A stretch of 64,000 nt of DNA from Eubacteriales bacterium (lineage in GTDB: Bacteria; Bacillota; Clostridia; Oscillospirales; CAG-272). The stretch's first letter is position 1, and every line of letters begins with the position of its first letter. Of this stretch, positions 62,782-64,000 are shown piece after piece. The translations under genes and the position numbers were made by a program. The stretch is taken from assembly GCA_045588085.1 (NCBI GenBank), contig JAZNDN010000081.1:1542-65541 (forward strand), read 5' to 3'. The notes below the pieces were generated by a model, which worked only from the letters and a program-made list of their open reading frames with translations, had not been told where the DNA came from and did no database searches.

Positions 62782-63441
62782 TCACATAAGCTCCTGTCCG
62801 TTTATCACCAAAACAAACTTTGAGCCAAGTCTTTCGGCTGAACGACGGCAGAGCTTCATTCTGCCTATAAAGATTTCAAAATAATCCATGATTGAGCCGA
62901 TTTTGGTATCAATAGTCAGCACGAGGCGCATTTCCTTCGCCTCGGGAATAATTACAAGATTTGACGAGGTTACAGAGTAGTTAACGCGGTCGTGAATATC
63001 AAAGCTCTGCATATCCGAATTTCTGACACGGGTACGGCGAACGTCGGTCTTGTCGGCTAAAATCAGAGCAGCGGATATGTCACTTACCGGAACACCGTTA
63101 CCCTCATCGTGATTTCCTATTGCCGTCATTATCTTAGCTATTTCCGCAGGCGGCATTCCCAGCTTATCAAGTATTCTGAACGCCATAACAGCACCCGACT
63201 GCGAATGCTCCTCTCGGTTAACTATATTTCCGATATCGTGCATATAGCCGGCTATTTTGGCAAGCTCGGCCTCCCTCTCGCTATGACCGAGAAGCTCAAG
63301 AATCTTACCCGCCTGCTCGGCAACGCGGCAAACGTGCGCATAGCTGTGCTCGGTATATCCGAGCTCTCGAAGGCTGGCGTCTGCCTGCTCAATATATGTC
63401 TTTATGTCCTTATTTTCTTTTATAATGTCGTAGGTTATCAT
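62782..63441 (-). CDS. HD-domain phosphohydrolase
   Basis: I prefer the start at ATG 63441 (MITYDIIK, with GAGGTG upstream). The HD motifs are HSYAHV, GYMHDIGN and GNHDE. Confidence 0.7.
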   Translation of the reverse strand: MITYDIIKENKDIKTYIEQADASLRELGYTEHSYAHVCRVAEQAGKILELLGHSEREAELAKIAGYMHDIGNIVNREEHSQSGAVMAFRILDKLGMPPAEIAKIMTAIGNHDEGNGVPVSDISAALILADKTDVRRTRVRNSDMQSFDIHDRVNYSVTSSNLVIIPEAKEMRLVLTIDTKIGSIMDYFEIFIGRMKLCRRSAERLGSKFVLVINGQELM

Positions 63442-63650
63442 AAGCACCTCATGGAATTTGGTTTATCCTTACGTACATTTTACAATATACTGCGCAATTT
63501 TGCAATAGCATGGCATCAAGTTATTATAGAAGCTTTCCTTATTTGTGCCGAAATTACTTATTACGGCGCAATAGCTTCGCAGTCCGACGTAAATATTTCT
63601 TGACTGTCGGCAATTATTTCTTGCGGTTATAATATTTTTATCAATAGATA

Positions 63651-63679
63651 TTGACTTTCCGCGAACAAAGTGATACAAT
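63651..63679 (+). promoter_or_regulatory. Sigma-A promoter upstream of the MgtC-family gene
   Basis: TTGACT (63651..63656), a 17-nt spacer ending AGTGA, then TACAAT (63674..63679). It is followed by an AT-rich leader of about 200 nt. Confidence 0.5.
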
Positions 63680-63883
63680 ACTTAGCATAACTTTGAAAAT
63701 CATGGATTTTATACAATTTTTTGCATACAATCCGAGAGTGTTACATACATTTCAATAAATATCTTGTAAAAAACTCATTTTTTTCGAGGTTAAATATAAA
63801 CTTTACAAAAAATACGCAGGCTTGCCCACAAGTCTTCGGCTTTTTGTTTTTTAGGCGGTTTTTCCGCCGACAGAGGTAGTGTT

Positions 63884-64000
63884 ATGGAAGCTGTTTTAAA
63901 CTTTCTCCGAGAATTCAATTTAATTACGATTTCGTTAAGACTGGTGCTGGCGGCTGTGTTCGGTGGAGTTATCGGTCTTGAGCGAGGCAGGCAACGCCGT
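63884..64000 (+). CDS. MgtC/SapB-family membrane protein, N-terminal fragment (runs off the window)
   Basis: Not in the ORF track. My translation from ATG 63884 reads MEAVLNFLREFNLITISLRLVLAAVFGGVIGLERGRQRR, which matches the MgtC N-terminal pattern (R...A...GG.IG.ER). Confidence 0.7.
   Translation, partial: MEAVLNFLREFNLITISLRLVLAAVFGGVIGLERGRQRR

Noticed and set aside
63680-63883. M-box or other Mg2+ riboswitch upstream of the MgtC-family gene.
   Set aside because: The leader is AT-rich and lacks the GC-rich multi-helix core expected of an M-box. Only two small hairpins are visible.
1-64000. CRISPR arrays, prophage or transposon genes, toxin-antitoxin pairs, restriction-modification or other known defence systems.
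   Set aside because: I scanned all spacers and the ORF list by eye. I found no repeat-spacer arrays, no integrase, transposase, recombinase or terminase-like proteins, and no recognisable defence gene cassettes. The only weak candidate is the HEPN-like 139-aa protein reported above.

Overview
This is a 64-kb chromosomal segment that I infer comes from an endospore-forming Clostridia-class Firmicute. The inference rests on a complete spoIIIAA-AH operon, dpaAB, a GerA-family gene, two T-box leaders and Gram-positive style -35/-16/-10 promoters. Coding regions look roughly balanced in GC by eye and the spacers are AT-rich. I call 55 protein-coding genes. Two are truncated by the window edges and absent from the supplied ORF track: a class-3 fructose-1,6-bisphosphatase at 1..1699 (-) and an MgtC-family gene at 63884..64000 (+). 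I also call two T-box leaders, a set of near-consensus sigma-A promoters and intrinsic terminators, and one 50-nt repeat present in two copies. I saw no rRNA, tRNA, CRISPR array, transposase, integrase or phage gene. Most content is housekeeping: sporulation genes, ileS, asnA, holA, birA, pfkA, asd, nagA, tcdA and comM. The observations most worth a second look are these. (1) An Ile-specifier T-box sits in front of an operon encoding an HTH-cupin::acyl-CoA ligase fusion, a P-loop NTPase, a four-subunit 2-oxoacid:ferredoxin oxidoreductase and IlvE. This reads as a tRNA-Ile-controlled route from a branched short-chain acid to isoleucine by reductive carboxylation. (2) The divergent neighbour operon encodes a LeuA-like protein that keeps the regulatory domain but lacks the catalytic motifs. 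It is translationally coupled to a xylose-isomerase-like TIM barrel::AMP-ligase fusion. (3) A two-gene secreted locus (a 1437-aa heparinase II/III-like protein plus an 853-aa LamG-like/helical protein) lies convergent with kdgK. (4) A LytTR + DUF3021 module with 21-bp-phased direct repeats lies next to three tandem paralogous lipoproteins. (5) A small membrane-anchored protein carries an RNxxxH (HEPN-like) motif. (6) An unexplained 50-nt repeat occurs at 35201 and 42171. All functional calls come from reading motifs by eye, and no database search was possible.
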